From the IMG/VR virus record IMGVR_UViG_3300033121_002286: a stretch of 64,000 nt of DNA; one strand, 5' to 3'. Shown here in pieces: positions 8,717 through 18,821 of the stretch (its first letter is position 1; the number at the start of each line of letters is the position of its first letter). The translations under genes were made by a program, and so were the position numbers. Under the pieces are notes generated by a model. The model did no database searches and was not told the origin of the DNA. It worked only from the letters and a program-made list of their open reading frames with translations. This stretch comes from an uncultured virus (IMG/VR IMGVR_UViG_3300033121_002286) (lineage: Duplodnaviria; Heunggongvirae; Uroviricota; Caudoviricetes).

Positions 8717-10924
8717 TTAATTATTAATTATTACTTGTTTATTAAATAGTTCCTGAAATTCAAGAATCTTTTTTTCGTAATATTCTTTGTTTATTTCCTC
8801 TTTGTTTTTTCGTTTTAATTCTATGTCTTTCAACAACTTAATTCTCAAATCATTACTTTTATCTGTTGGAAAAATATCTTTTCTTGATTCTCTCATTGAC
8901 TTTGTTCCATCTGCTTGTAAATCCCACGCAGAGCCATGCGATGAATCTATGTTTTTTAAATTAAAAAACTTATTTACAGCAGCAATAAGATATTGTGAAG
9001 AACGTGAATTTTGATAACTTTTTAATTGATCAAATTTAATTGTTTTTTCACTAATAATCAAGCCTAAGGTTGAATGTTCGTTAGAAATTTTATCAACAAC
9101 CCTCACAGCTAAATAATCTCCCCTGATTATTTTATCAATATAAGTGTTAATACAGTGACTCATAACTTTGTGTTCACGTTGTAATTCATAAGCAGAAGGT
9201 ATAACCTCAAATTGAAAGAAGTCCACCTCGTCATTTATATCTTTGTGTTTCTCTATTGAATGCGCATACGCCTCTACTTTAGCAGCATCTTGGAAAACAC
9301 TATATAAAATAGAATAATTATCGTGAATCTTTTTTAAATCTTTAGAATTTTTTACCTCAAAAATATCGGATTCTTTTACACTCAAATAAACACCAAGCGA
9401 CTCTCTTTCTGTTATTGAAATATTTGGGTGTTGTTTTATATAAGAAACGACTTTTTCTTGTGTAGATACTATATTCTGGATCGTTTTAACTGTATCACAG
9501 TAGTATGTCAAAAAATCCTTTTCAAATCCAATATGTAGTTTGTGCCTTATAATGTGTTCTACATTTTTAAATTTTATTTCTTTTTTTCTATCAGATTCTC
9601 CAAGGAAGCAAAATACCTGAAACAAATCTGAAGAATTATATTTTTGTAAAAGTTGTTCCAATTCTAATTTGGATACATAATTTTTTTGACTGAAAGACTT
9701 TAAATATTTAATATCATTAACTTGGCTTATTTTATTGAAAATAAGATTTGTTATTTTTAGATATTTTGCAATATCATGAATTTCCTCTGTTTGGTCTTTG
9801 TTTAAATCTTTATTTGAAACTGCGGTAAAATCTTTATTTACCTTCAACTTCCCGGATCTTGTATAGTTGGTGGAAATTTCAAAAATCCTTAAAGGGTTTG
9901 TTGCCTTATAAAGCTTATATACATTTGGGTTTACAATATACTCAGAGCATATAAAAGAATTAAAGAAAATGTATTTTTTGGTTAAAAATATTGTGATTAA
10001 TTCATTCAAGCAATTAATAGAAAATAAAATATTTGCTGAAGAAGTTATGCAACCTAAATAGGTTGATGGTTGTAATTCAATTTTAACCTTATCGTCCCCA
10101 AAAGAAAATTCATCTTCTGTATAAACATATCTTTTATAGATTGTTTTGCCAGGGGCAATTTCTTTTTTCTCCAAGAAAATTTTATAATTCTCCCAAAGCT
10201 GGGAAATAAAATATTGCTCACTTTTTATTTTATTAAAATCGATTAAAGTACTGCCGACTTCATTTAAAAAATGAAAACAAAATTCTAAGTTGGAATATGA
10301 AATATCTACATTAAAATTAAAAAACTGCTTAATTTGCATTAAAGAGTTAAAGGAAATGTCATTACTTATATTTGTTTTAAAAATAGAAAGTAAATTTTTG
10401 CTAGAATCAGAAGTGTCATTGGTTGGATCTAAAATTTTCTCAATAAAATTATCTTTAAAAAGAGAATTGTTTATAAAAATTGTAATTTTTTTAGTTTCAT
10501 AATTATAATTAAGCTCATCAAAAACAGACTGCTCCTTTACGGTTTGCTCTTTTTCATCATATATTGCATAAAACCTCTCCCTAACCAAGCGAATTACCTT
10601 TTGCCCATTGATAAGCTTATGTGTTTTTAAGAAATAATTAATATCCTTTAAAACGCCAACACCGGGTTCCAGTATGGCCAATTGGTTTTCTTGACTATAA
10701 ACAGTCTGACAATATGGACACTTAATTGATTCTAAATTATCCTCATTTTGAAAAATGGCGATATTAATAATAAGTACATCTTTCTTGATTTTCTGGTTGT
10801 ACTTATGCCTTCCACCACAAGTACAAAAAAGCTCTTGGTTATCTACTCCCTGACCTGTGGTATTGAATTTTGAGGGCTTAAATGTAGTACCTCCAATGTC
10901 AACAATATATGAGTGTTTTAGCAT
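8717..10924 (-). CDS. PcfJ-like domain protein with N-terminal Zn-binding Cys motifs
   Basis: CxC/CPYC at N-terminus; C-terminal ELQREHKVMSHCINTY..QLKSYQN. Confidence 0.65.
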   Translation of the reverse strand: MLKHSYIVDIGGTTFKPSKFNTTGQGVDNQELFCTCGGRHKYNQKIKKDVLIINIAIFQNEDNLESIKCPYCQTVYSQENQLAILEPGVGVLKDINYFLKTHKLINGQKVIRLVRERFYAIYDEKEQTVKEQSVFDELNYNYETKKITIFINNSLFKDNFIEKILDPTNDTSDSSKNLLSIFKTNISNDISFNSLMQIKQFFNFNVDISYSNLEFCFHFLNEVGSTLIDFNKIKSEQYFISQLWENYKIFLEKKEIAPGKTIYKRYVYTEDEFSFGDDKVKIELQPSTYLGCITSSANILFSINCLNELITIFLTKKYIFFNSFICSEYIVNPNVYKLYKATNPLRIFEISTNYTRSGKLKVNKDFTAVSNKDLNKDQTEEIHDIAKYLKITNLIFNKISQVNDIKYLKSFSQKNYVSKLELEQLLQKYNSSDLFQVFCFLGESDRKKEIKFKNVEHIIRHKLHIGFEKDFLTYYCDTVKTIQNIVSTQEKVVSYIKQHPNISITERESLGVYLSVKESDIFEVKNSKDLKKIHDNYSILYSVFQDAAKVEAYAHSIEKHKDINDEVDFFQFEVIPSAYELQREHKVMSHCINTYIDKIIRGDYLAVRVVDKISNEHSTLGLIISEKTIKFDQLKSYQNSRSSQYLIAAVNKFFNLKNIDSSHGSAWDLQADGTKSMRESRKDIFPTDKSNDLRIKLLKDIELKRKNKEEINKEYYEKKILEFQELFNKQVIINN

Positions 10925-11057
10925 ATCCTTAATTGTAATTTAATTCAAATATAGGTTTTTTTTTGAAATAAAAAATTAAAAATTAAAAATTTAAAAAATA
11001 ACTCGATTTTTATGGTTTTCTGTGATATTTATATGAAATTGTTTAAATTCCATATTC

Positions 11058-13322
11058 ATGTCAAAAATTTCAGAAAAATTTGAAAAAGAAATACTTAGGA
11101 TGTTATATCTCTCTGAGTTTAATAAACCAAAGAAAGAAATTCTATTAAATAAATCATTGAATAATGGTGTGGAATTTTTAAAAGAAGATTTTGGTGATGA
11201 TCTAGGTGATATTTTTGGCAATGAAGATGAGTTTTCAAATTTTAATACAAACGGATCTAAATCTATACTAACCAACGAGATGAAAGCTGCAATGTTGGTA
11301 GGTAGTTTAAGTGAATTTCAAACAGCCGCATTAAAATTATATAATGATTATCATCCCAGAAATTATTCCAACTATACAAAAGGAACAAAAGTAGAAGATG
11401 ATCCCAATGCCTTAACAGACAAACAACCAACAAAAAAAATAAAAGGGTCAGAAGAAGATTTGGCTCGATGGAAACTTTCTGGTCCACAAAACAATGATTT
11501 GGAGCATGAAAAAGGAAAAAGGTATGATAAAGAATTTGAAGAGTTTCAAAAATTATGGAGAGTTCCAATTACATTTGTTGGATCTGAAGTTAATTTAGAT
11601 AGTTTAATCGCTGCTGTTAGTGGTTATATTCAAAAGTGGGGTGGAAACAAAAAATCATTAAGTATGATTTCCTGGATACCAACCAAAAATGTTGGAAAAT
11701 ATAATTCTCAAATAGGAGGTTTAACAGATTTAGGTAAAGCACAACTAGAATTTTTAGCAAGAGCGGCATCCCTAAAACCAATTGATGAATTTGAAGCGAA
11801 GTTTTTTAAGGTTTTAGGTGAAGTTAAAGGTGAATCTCATATGGTTCAAACAGCCCAAGATGTGATAAGGCAATTTTACACTTTGGTTATGGAACCAAGA
11901 GTTGCAGAACTTTTAAAAAGACCAAATAAAAGCACTAGAGACACCCAAGTAACGGAATGGGTCGAAACAGCCATAAACCACGCATTAGATCAATTGCCAT
12001 CTAAATATGATCCTAAGAGAGGAAACTTAGGAAGTTTTATTATTACAACTGTAACCAACAAAGTAATAAACCAACTAAGAGGGGTTTCTGATCAGGTTTT
12101 AGACGTGGAATCTATTTCTAATATACTTTATAATTATAATGGAAAAGATGCAATTGTTGTTCAATCCTATGCTAATCCTAAAGAAATAGAATTTGAACCC
12201 ACTGATGACAGGTATGTAGCTGGACCCTTCATGGTAGATGGGCCAAGAAATAAAAAGATTAAAATTTTTAATTATTATTATAAAAATGTAACTGATTTAT
12301 ACCAAGACTTAATAAACAAAGGCAACGAAACAAAAGAAGTGTCTCCTCTTGCTAAACATTTTTTAACAGCAAAATCAAAAGAAATGTTTTATAAGTCTGT
12401 GCCAAAAGCTAATTATGAAGATGTTGAAGACATTTTAAATTATAAAAATTCAGAAAATCCTGAAAATTGGGAAGTTTTCAAAGTAGATCAACTCCCGAAA
12501 GAATCTAAAAATATAATTTATGGAATTTTAAATGACATTGCAAATATTATTATTACAGATGCTACAACTTATTCACCTAAAGAAATGCCAAAAGATAAAG
12601 AACCAGATATGTACGGAGATACTGGGGAATTTAAAAGATATGCAATTGGAGACAAAAGAACTGGAGATAGTAAAAGAGATAACAAACCAGATTTTGGATA
12701 TTTAGGAGGAACAAACAGAGATAAATATAAACCGCTTAGTGATAAAATTTATAAAACAAAAGAAGATTTAAAAGATATAAACAAAGACAACAATAAAAGA
12801 ATATTGGTTGAATTTTTATATGAGCTTTTGAATTATGGTGACTTAATATTGGTTTATACTGTAACCTGGGTAAAACCAAGTGGTTCAAAAATTCCACCAG
12901 GAAGACCAGTTGAATTTAATGATGACGGAACTGAGGTCCCAAATATAAAAGGTAGAACACCTGAAGATTATGAAACAAAGTTCATATGGTCAACCGGTGA
13001 GGTTGGAGGAAATAAAACTAAAATGAAAGGTAATTTCATAGGTAGATTTTTAGAAAAGGTTCAAAAATTAAATTTAAAAAGCTCCCCAGGTACTGAATCT
13101 TTAATTGAAAAACTTAGTGACCCAAAAACAGCAACAAGTTATTCCAGTGCAATATTAGGCGCATTACAAAAGATTTTTAATACTGATGATAGAATAAAAA
13201 AGAATACAGATAAGTTAAAAACTTTATTACAACACTATTCAAATTCAACTCTTGCCGAAAATAAGATGAGAAATGCAATAAAAAACTTATTAATAAATCA
13301 AATAAAAAATAAACAAAAATGA
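11058..13322 (+). CDS. large hypothetical protein with sigma70 region-2-like segment
   Basis: AINHALDQLPSKYDPKRGNLGSFIITTVTNKVINQLR resembles sigma 2.3-2.4; region 4 not recognised. Confidence 0.45.
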   Translation: MSKISEKFEKEILRMLYLSEFNKPKKEILLNKSLNNGVEFLKEDFGDDLGDIFGNEDEFSNFNTNGSKSILTNEMKAAMLVGSLSEFQTAALKLYNDYHPRNYSNYTKGTKVEDDPNALTDKQPTKKIKGSEEDLARWKLSGPQNNDLEHEKGKRYDKEFEEFQKLWRVPITFVGSEVNLDSLIAAVSGYIQKWGGNKKSLSMISWIPTKNVGKYNSQIGGLTDLGKAQLEFLARAASLKPIDEFEAKFFKVLGEVKGESHMVQTAQDVIRQFYTLVMEPRVAELLKRPNKSTRDTQVTEWVETAINHALDQLPSKYDPKRGNLGSFIITTVTNKVINQLRGVSDQVLDVESISNILYNYNGKDAIVVQSYANPKEIEFEPTDDRYVAGPFMVDGPRNKKIKIFNYYYKNVTDLYQDLINKGNETKEVSPLAKHFLTAKSKEMFYKSVPKANYEDVEDILNYKNSENPENWEVFKVDQLPKESKNIIYGILNDIANIIITDATTYSPKEMPKDKEPDMYGDTGEFKRYAIGDKRTGDSKRDNKPDFGYLGGTNRDKYKPLSDKIYKTKEDLKDINKDNNKRILVEFLYELLNYGDLILVYTVTWVKPSGSKIPPGRPVEFNDDGTEVPNIKGRTPEDYETKFIWSTGEVGGNKTKMKGNFIGRFLEKVQKLNLKSSPGTESLIEKLSDPKTATSYSSAILGALQKIFNTDDRIKKNTDKLKTLLQHYSNSTLAENKMRNAIKNLLINQIKNKQK

Positions 13323-14896
13323 TTAAGAAATTAGACTCTAAACTGTTTTATAAAATTCTCAACGAAGAACTTTCAGGTCTTATATCTGAAGAAGGAGAAG
13401 GACTTGAATTTTCACAATCAGGAAATAATGGAATCAATCCAAGTATAAAAGAACAACTTGTAAAATATACTGAAAAATTAGAACCAGAAGCTGAAGCGGC
13501 TGCAGACAGACAGATCCAGAAATGTTTGAGAACTGGAGTCCCATCTATAGACTATAATTTTTTTGATAAAAACAGGTATGCCTTTCTTTATATAACTGAT
13601 TATTTAGCCTATGTTGCAAAAGAAGATGCGGTAGTTGAAGGTGGTGGATCAAAAGCTAGAAACGCACTCATGATTATTTTTCAGCCTTATAGTTCAGAAC
13701 AAAAAATAGATTCATCTATGGGTGGTGTTAATAAAATGTCTGCTTTTTATTCCAAAATGAAAAGTTTCGCAAGCAATCAGTTAGACAGAAATGAAAAAAA
13801 CATTTCTTTAGGAAGCAACTCTGATGATGTGGATAATTTTGTAGAAGCCTTTTATAATGTTTTTGATGAGTGTATAAAAAAATTCAATGTTAGTTCAGGC
13901 AGTTTTAATTCCCTTCTTAGTCACACCTTAAATAGAGCTATAATAGATTTGTGGAGAAAGAAATTTTATATGGTTGGAGGTCAAAGAGTAAAAAAACAAG
14001 ATTCTTTAGATGATAAATTTTCTGATGACCAAGACTCTGAAACTTTTGGAAGTAAAATTGCAAATGATGTTTCATCAGACCAATATTCAGTTGAGAAAAA
14101 GCATGATAAAGAATGGGTAAATAAAGTTTGGGGCTTTATAAATAGTGCTATTGAAAAGGTTTTGTCTAAAAATCCAAATTATTTAGAAATATACAAAATG
14201 TATTCCCTTCAAAATATGGACTTAGAAGAAATGGCAAAAAAATTAGGAATAGCCTATAACAACCTCAGAATAGCAAAAATGAGAGCCGAAGATTTGGTAT
14301 TGCCATACATTCCTAAAATAGAAGATTCAGCAAGTAAACTTGCTGGACAAAAAGTTACAATTCCACTAATAAAAGGTAAGGGATCTGATAAACAAAGATT
14401 TGTTTTCCCTAGAATTGGAGGTAAAAAAGGATTGGAAGAAATGTTTATAATAAAAGATAATTGTATCATTTTAGAACTCAGTCAATTCTATAATGAATCT
14501 GAAGTCCTTTCAGAAGAAGAATTTTATAAACAAAATATTGTTGATGCGTTTGACGTAAAAGAAAAACTTGAAAAGCTAGAGGAGTTTTACAACAAAATCT
14601 ACAAATCACTTTTAAATTTAAATGAAGGTTCAGAAGTTGATACGCTTGATATGTTTACCCACGTTAAATCTTTTGTTGAAGAGGCTACAAAAATAATTCA
14701 CGCTCTTTATGGAGAAATACACAATATAGAAAATGTTGCTTATGAAATTAGTGGAGAATATAAAAATATCGCTGATGATATTTCACAAGTGGTTGACCCA
14801 ATAATAGAACAATTAGAGTTGTGGCCAAACAAACTTCAAGCAATGCTTGGAAGAATTAGAATGAGTTATAATCCACAAAGAGCATATGGACTTTAA
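13319..14896 (+). CDS. sigma70/ECF-like RNA polymerase sigma factor with long extensions
   Basis: Region 2 IKKFNVSSGSFNSLLSHTLNRAIIDLWRK; SLDD linker; region 4 HTH LEIYKMYSLQNMDLEEMAKKLGIAYNNLRIAKMRA. Confidence 0.72.
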   Translation: MIKKLDSKLFYKILNEELSGLISEEGEGLEFSQSGNNGINPSIKEQLVKYTEKLEPEAEAAADRQIQKCLRTGVPSIDYNFFDKNRYAFLYITDYLAYVAKEDAVVEGGGSKARNALMIIFQPYSSEQKIDSSMGGVNKMSAFYSKMKSFASNQLDRNEKNISLGSNSDDVDNFVEAFYNVFDECIKKFNVSSGSFNSLLSHTLNRAIIDLWRKKFYMVGGQRVKKQDSLDDKFSDDQDSETFGSKIANDVSSDQYSVEKKHDKEWVNKVWGFINSAIEKVLSKNPNYLEIYKMYSLQNMDLEEMAKKLGIAYNNLRIAKMRAEDLVLPYIPKIEDSASKLAGQKVTIPLIKGKGSDKQRFVFPRIGGKKGLEEMFIIKDNCIILELSQFYNESEVLSEEEFYKQNIVDAFDVKEKLEKLEEFYNKIYKSLLNLNEGSEVDTLDMFTHVKSFVEEATKIIHALYGEIHNIENVAYEISGEYKNIADDISQVVDPIIEQLELWPNKLQAMLGRIRMSYNPQRAYGL

Positions 14897-15338
14897 TAAC
14901 AAAATAAGAAAATTCATAAGGACTAAACTTTTAGAAGGTTCCATATTGGAATTTGATGAAGATATGGTGGATGAGGAGCGTATTGCAAACCCGGATTCAA
15001 AAGAATTTGTAAAACGTAGAGAAAACTTCATAGGAAGCCATATTTGGGGAGAAGATTTGGGTGATTTGGGACAAATGTATGTGACTTATAGTTACGGAAC
15101 TCAATATCCTGCCTTTGTTTATTATGATGGCCAATGGTACCACAATACTGACAATTATATTAATGATGATGGCTCAAAGAACGAATTCACTCCAAAACAC
15201 ATGGATGATATGAGACCAACCCTTGATACACATGGACTTTCAACCTATCACCTACAAAGCATGATAAGGAAATTTATGAAAGACAATAATGTTGAAGATG
15301 TAAATCACACAAGCGTTGAGCCTGGTGTGAAAAATTAA
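14886..15338 (+). CDS. hypothetical phage protein
   Basis: N-terminal KIRKFIRTKLLE leader; FIGSHIWG..YSYG..P.FVY..QWY..N..TPKH. Confidence 0.7.
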   Translation: MDFNNKIRKFIRTKLLEGSILEFDEDMVDEERIANPDSKEFVKRRENFIGSHIWGEDLGDLGQMYVTYSYGTQYPAFVYYDGQWYHNTDNYINDDGSKNEFTPKHMDDMRPTLDTHGLSTYHLQSMIRKFMKDNNVEDVNHTSVEPGVKN

Positions 15339-16147
15339 GCAACCTGTTTTTGGGCTACTTGAAATGTTTTTGTTTTATTAAACTCAGGAAAAAGAACCTG
15401 CAATTGATATAATAAATTATCAGAAGTTGTTTTGCCAATCTTTTTTACTGATTGTATAATTCCAACTCCATAACCAGGAAATTCCATTTTAGATCCGGCC
15501 CTATAACTTTTTTTAAGCTTTTGATTTATTGGGACTTTTTTATCTTGTTCATAATTTTTAAAGTTTAAGGTTAAACCTAAATTAACAAAATCCTTATCAA
15601 TTATTATTTTATTATTTTCACCCTTTCTATCAAAGTTGAATCTGTGCATTCTAATATATTTCTCTGCAGCTTTATACAGAAGATTGTCATTATTATGCAT
15701 AAATGTATTTATTGGTATTATATCTATAATAGCATCCCTATAAACAAAAAATACAAAAGAATTATAAAAAACTTTTTCTTGCATTGCAAAATATGGATTT
15801 TTATAGTCATTTATTAAAAAGGATAAATTTTGATCACCTGTGTCTGTTTTCACACGAAGTGCCTTTGATGGAAATACATAAAAATTTCCAGGCTCTGTAT
15901 TGCTTTCCTTTATTCTATTAAGAATTGCAGTGAAAGAGTCCTTCAAAAACTTAACAGTTTCTTTTGCGTATTCAGATGGTTTTAAATGAAATTCATGCCA
16001 GTCAACCTGTGGCAATGTCATTGGCATAAAATTCTCTACGTAAAAATTAATTAACCAACTAATTTTATCTCCCTCTTGGGCTTCATTTAAAGATTTTTCA
16101 AGCTGTTCCTTAATTAACAGTCTAAGTTTTAAAATATCATCTTTCAT
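15335..16147 (-). CDS. hypothetical protein (IKE/LNE leader; C-terminal PGYGVG SH3-like motif)
   Basis: Start reassigned to MKDDILKLRLLIKEQ, just downstream of TATTTAT. Confidence 0.7.
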   Translation of the reverse strand: MKDDILKLRLLIKEQLEKSLNEAQEGDKISWLINFYVENFMPMTLPQVDWHEFHLKPSEYAKETVKFLKDSFTAILNRIKESNTEPGNFYVFPSKALRVKTDTGDQNLSFLINDYKNPYFAMQEKVFYNSFVFFVYRDAIIDIIPINTFMHNNDNLLYKAAEKYIRMHRFNFDRKGENNKIIIDKDFVNLGLTLNFKNYEQDKKVPINQKLKKSYRAGSKMEFPGYGVGIIQSVKKIGKTTSDNLLYQLQVLFPEFNKTKTFQVAQKQVA

Positions 16148-16193
16148 TAAATATAAATATTCACAAATTTTCAATTTTTGATTAAATTTATTA

Positions 16194-16961
16194 ATGATTG
16201 AGCCTAATAACATTATTTTGGGTGATTGTTTGGATATAATGAATAATATCCAAGATAAATCTATAGATATGATTTTAACAGACCCCCCTTTTGGGTCAAC
16301 AAAGTGTGCATGGGATATTATCATACCTTTTAAAGATCTGTGGTTACAATATAGCCGTATTATTAAAGACAATGGTGCTATTTTAATTTTTGGAATGGAG
16401 CCCTTTAGCAGCATGCTGAGATTGTCTAATTTAGATATGTATAGATATGATATTATTTGGGACAAAATGAGTACAACAAATTTTGCTAATGCTAAAAAAA
16501 TGCCACTGAGTTGTACTGAAAACATAAGTGTTTTCTATAAAAAGCTCCCAACTTACAACCCAATAATGACAAACGCTGATCCAAAAAAAATAAGAGGATT
16601 ATATGTTCCTCTTGAAAACAAAAGCGAAACAAACATATTTCACAGTGGGATAACAAAAAAATATTCAGAAGGATATGATAAAACAAAACGTTATCCGACA
16701 AAGCTTATTAGATTTTCATCGAGAGAAGCTGAATGTAACGCACATAACAAAATTCACCCAGCGCAGAAACCAGTTAGTATGCTTGAATATTTAATCAGAT
16801 TATATTCAAATGAAGGTGATCTAATCTTAGATTCTTGTATGGGAGTAGGGTCAAGTGGAGTTGCAGCCGCCAATTCAAATAGAAAATTTATTGGCATAGA
16901 AAAAGACCCTAACTATTTCGAAAGCTGCAAGTTAAGACTACCAAGCGCAACAGTGATATAA
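16194..16961 (+). CDS. DNA methyltransferase, N4/N6 beta class
   Basis: GDCLD, ILTDPPF, HPAQKP, LDSCMGVGSSG, FIGIE. Confidence 0.9.
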   Translation: MIEPNNIILGDCLDIMNNIQDKSIDMILTDPPFGSTKCAWDIIIPFKDLWLQYSRIIKDNGAILIFGMEPFSSMLRLSNLDMYRYDIIWDKMSTTNFANAKKMPLSCTENISVFYKKLPTYNPIMTNADPKKIRGLYVPLENKSETNIFHSGITKKYSEGYDKTKRYPTKLIRFSSREAECNAHNKIHPAQKPVSMLEYLIRLYSNEGDLILDSCMGVGSSGVAAANSNRKFIGIEKDPNYFESCKLRLPSATVI

Positions 16962-16998
16962 CTAATTTTAAACTATTTATACAAATAATTAAAAACAA

Positions 16999-17343
16999 AT
17001 GAATATAATATTAACGTTTTTAAGCAAGTGGGGCAATCTAATAACTATCTTATTAATCCTCACAATTACATTCAGCACATGTGGTGTAAAAGGCCACGTA
17101 GAACGCCTAGAAAAGAAGGTGGTCAGTTTGGAGCAGCAGATAAATTATAATGACTCTATAAACAGAGAAGTACAATCAGTTGAAAGAGAGATATCAATGC
17201 TTGAAACTTCAAGAGAGGTAGTGTACACGTCCAATGCGATAGTACGCACTGCGACCCGTCCGGATGACGTTATGAACGAATATAGTCAAAAGATCAAAAC
17301 TTTATACCAAAAAAGAGATAAATTAAATGCAGCAAGAAAATAA
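16999..17343 (+). CDS. membrane-anchored coiled-coil protein
   Basis: N-terminal TM helix ending in STC, then coiled coil. Confidence 0.65.
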   Translation: MNIILTFLSKWGNLITILLILTITFSTCGVKGHVERLEKKVVSLEQQINYNDSINREVQSVEREISMLETSREVVYTSNAIVRTATRPDDVMNEYSQKIKTLYQKRDKLNAARK

Positions 17344-18337
17344 CAGATCTAAATTCTTTTGGTGGATTATAACATCTTTTTTATTGGTTCCATTAATAGT
17401 TTCGGTTGTAAGTACAATACACGTTATTAATTTTTTCGAACTTTCAAACTATAAAGCGCTAGCAATAACATTAGCTATTGCATTTGAGATTGGTGCACTT
17501 TCTGCGTTGGCCGGTTTGGTTGCTTTGGATAAAATAAATAAAAATGTGGTTTGGTTTATCTTCTGCATTCTTACAGCCTATCAAATGATGGGAAATAGTT
17601 ATTTTGCATATGACTATATGAGTAACAAAATGATAGGATTTCCAAGCCTCATCAAAAACTGGACTGAACTTTTTGGTTTCTCTTCTGACCCAGACGATCT
17701 AATTGTTGTTAAAAGAATAATAGCAGTTGTTTCAGGTGCAATACTTCCAATTGTTTCTTTATCTTTTTTAGATTTATCTGTTGATTATATTCAAAAAAGT
17801 ACTGGAGTTAAATTGAACAGACCTATTGGAAAGGATAAGGAAATTAAAAAAGAAGAAGAAATTTCAGAATTGCCTAAATTTGTTTCTCCTGGAATTTCAA
17901 CAATAGAGCAGGATAATAAAACAGAACCGAAATTAGAATACGAAAAATCAGATACGGAACAGACTCATGAAATTGAGGATGAAAATAAATTAGAGGATGA
18001 AAGTAAATTATATGAAAATTTAGAAAACACTCACGAAGACTTTCAAAAGATAATTGATGATAAAAAGAAGAAACTAGAAGAGTTAAGGGAGCCCAACCTA
18101 GATTTATTAAACACTTTTTACAAGAATGGTGAAACAAAAATTGGAGATGAACTACCAAGTTATAATGATTTCACAAAGATGGTTGATTTGAACGTTCACT
18201 CTCAAAGTGACATAAAAAAATTTCTTACGCTTTGTAATTACCTAGAAATATTCAGATTAACTGGGACCCAAAAAATAGCTTTAAAATCATATGAAGAAGC
18301 AAGCCAGGCTCTTGGAAGCTATTTAAGCTGGAACTGA
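17327..18337 (+). CDS. multi-pass membrane protein with acidic C-terminal region
   Basis: About four TM segments in the first 150 aa. Confidence 0.7.
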   Translation: MQQENNRSKFFWWIITSFLLVPLIVSVVSTIHVINFFELSNYKALAITLAIAFEIGALSALAGLVALDKINKNVVWFIFCILTAYQMMGNSYFAYDYMSNKMIGFPSLIKNWTELFGFSSDPDDLIVVKRIIAVVSGAILPIVSLSFLDLSVDYIQKSTGVKLNRPIGKDKEIKKEEEISELPKFVSPGISTIEQDNKTEPKLEYEKSDTEQTHEIEDENKLEDESKLYENLENTHEDFQKIIDDKKKKLEELREPNLDLLNTFYKNGETKIGDELPSYNDFTKMVDLNVHSQSDIKKFLTLCNYLEIFRLTGTQKIALKSYEEASQALGSYLSWN

Positions 18338-18820
18338 TCTATTGTATGTTAAATATTTATATTTAAGCCCACTTTTTGAGTCTAAAAAAAGATCGGTTTC
18401 TTCCACCAAAGTATAATTTTCAAGATCTATTTTAGGAAAAAAAGCATCACCTTCAAATTCTTTTTGTATCTCGGTAAGGTATATTTTATCAACCAAATCT
18501 TTTTCCATGGCCTCTTTATAAATCTGTTCCCCACCAATTATAAAAGACTCAACATCGCCCCTTGCTTTGCTCAATGCTTCTGATAATGAATTTACAACTA
18601 AAATATTATGCCCACTATATTTTTCATCCCTGCTAACAACTACATTAACTCTGTTTGGCAGTGGTTTACCAATAGACTCATATGTTTTTCTTCCCATTAT
18701 TATATGATGGTTTGAAGTCAAAACCTTAAAGTGCTTAAGCTCATCTGAAAGTTTCCATGGTAATGTATTGTTTATTCCAATAACATTATTTAGGGATTTT
18801 GCCGCTATTAATGATACCAT
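18323..18820 (-). CDS. folA: dihydrofolate reductase
   Basis: VIG.NNTLPW, IIMGRKTYESIGKPLPNR, IIGGEQIY, GDAFFP. Confidence 0.95.
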   Translation of the reverse strand: MVSLIAAKSLNNVIGINNTLPWKLSDELKHFKVLTSNHHIIMGRKTYESIGKPLPNRVNVVVSRDEKYSGHNILVVNSLSEALSKARGDVESFIIGGEQIYKEAMEKDLVDKIYLTEIQKEFEGDAFFPKIDLENYTLVEETDLFLDSKSGLKYKYLTYNRSVPA

Positions 18821-18821
18821 T

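Noticed and set aside
16148..16525. N-terminal extension of the 396-aa minus-strand ORF overlapping the methyltransferase
   Set aside because: Antisense shadow of the MTase; TATTTAT motif and IKE/LNE leader place the start at 16147
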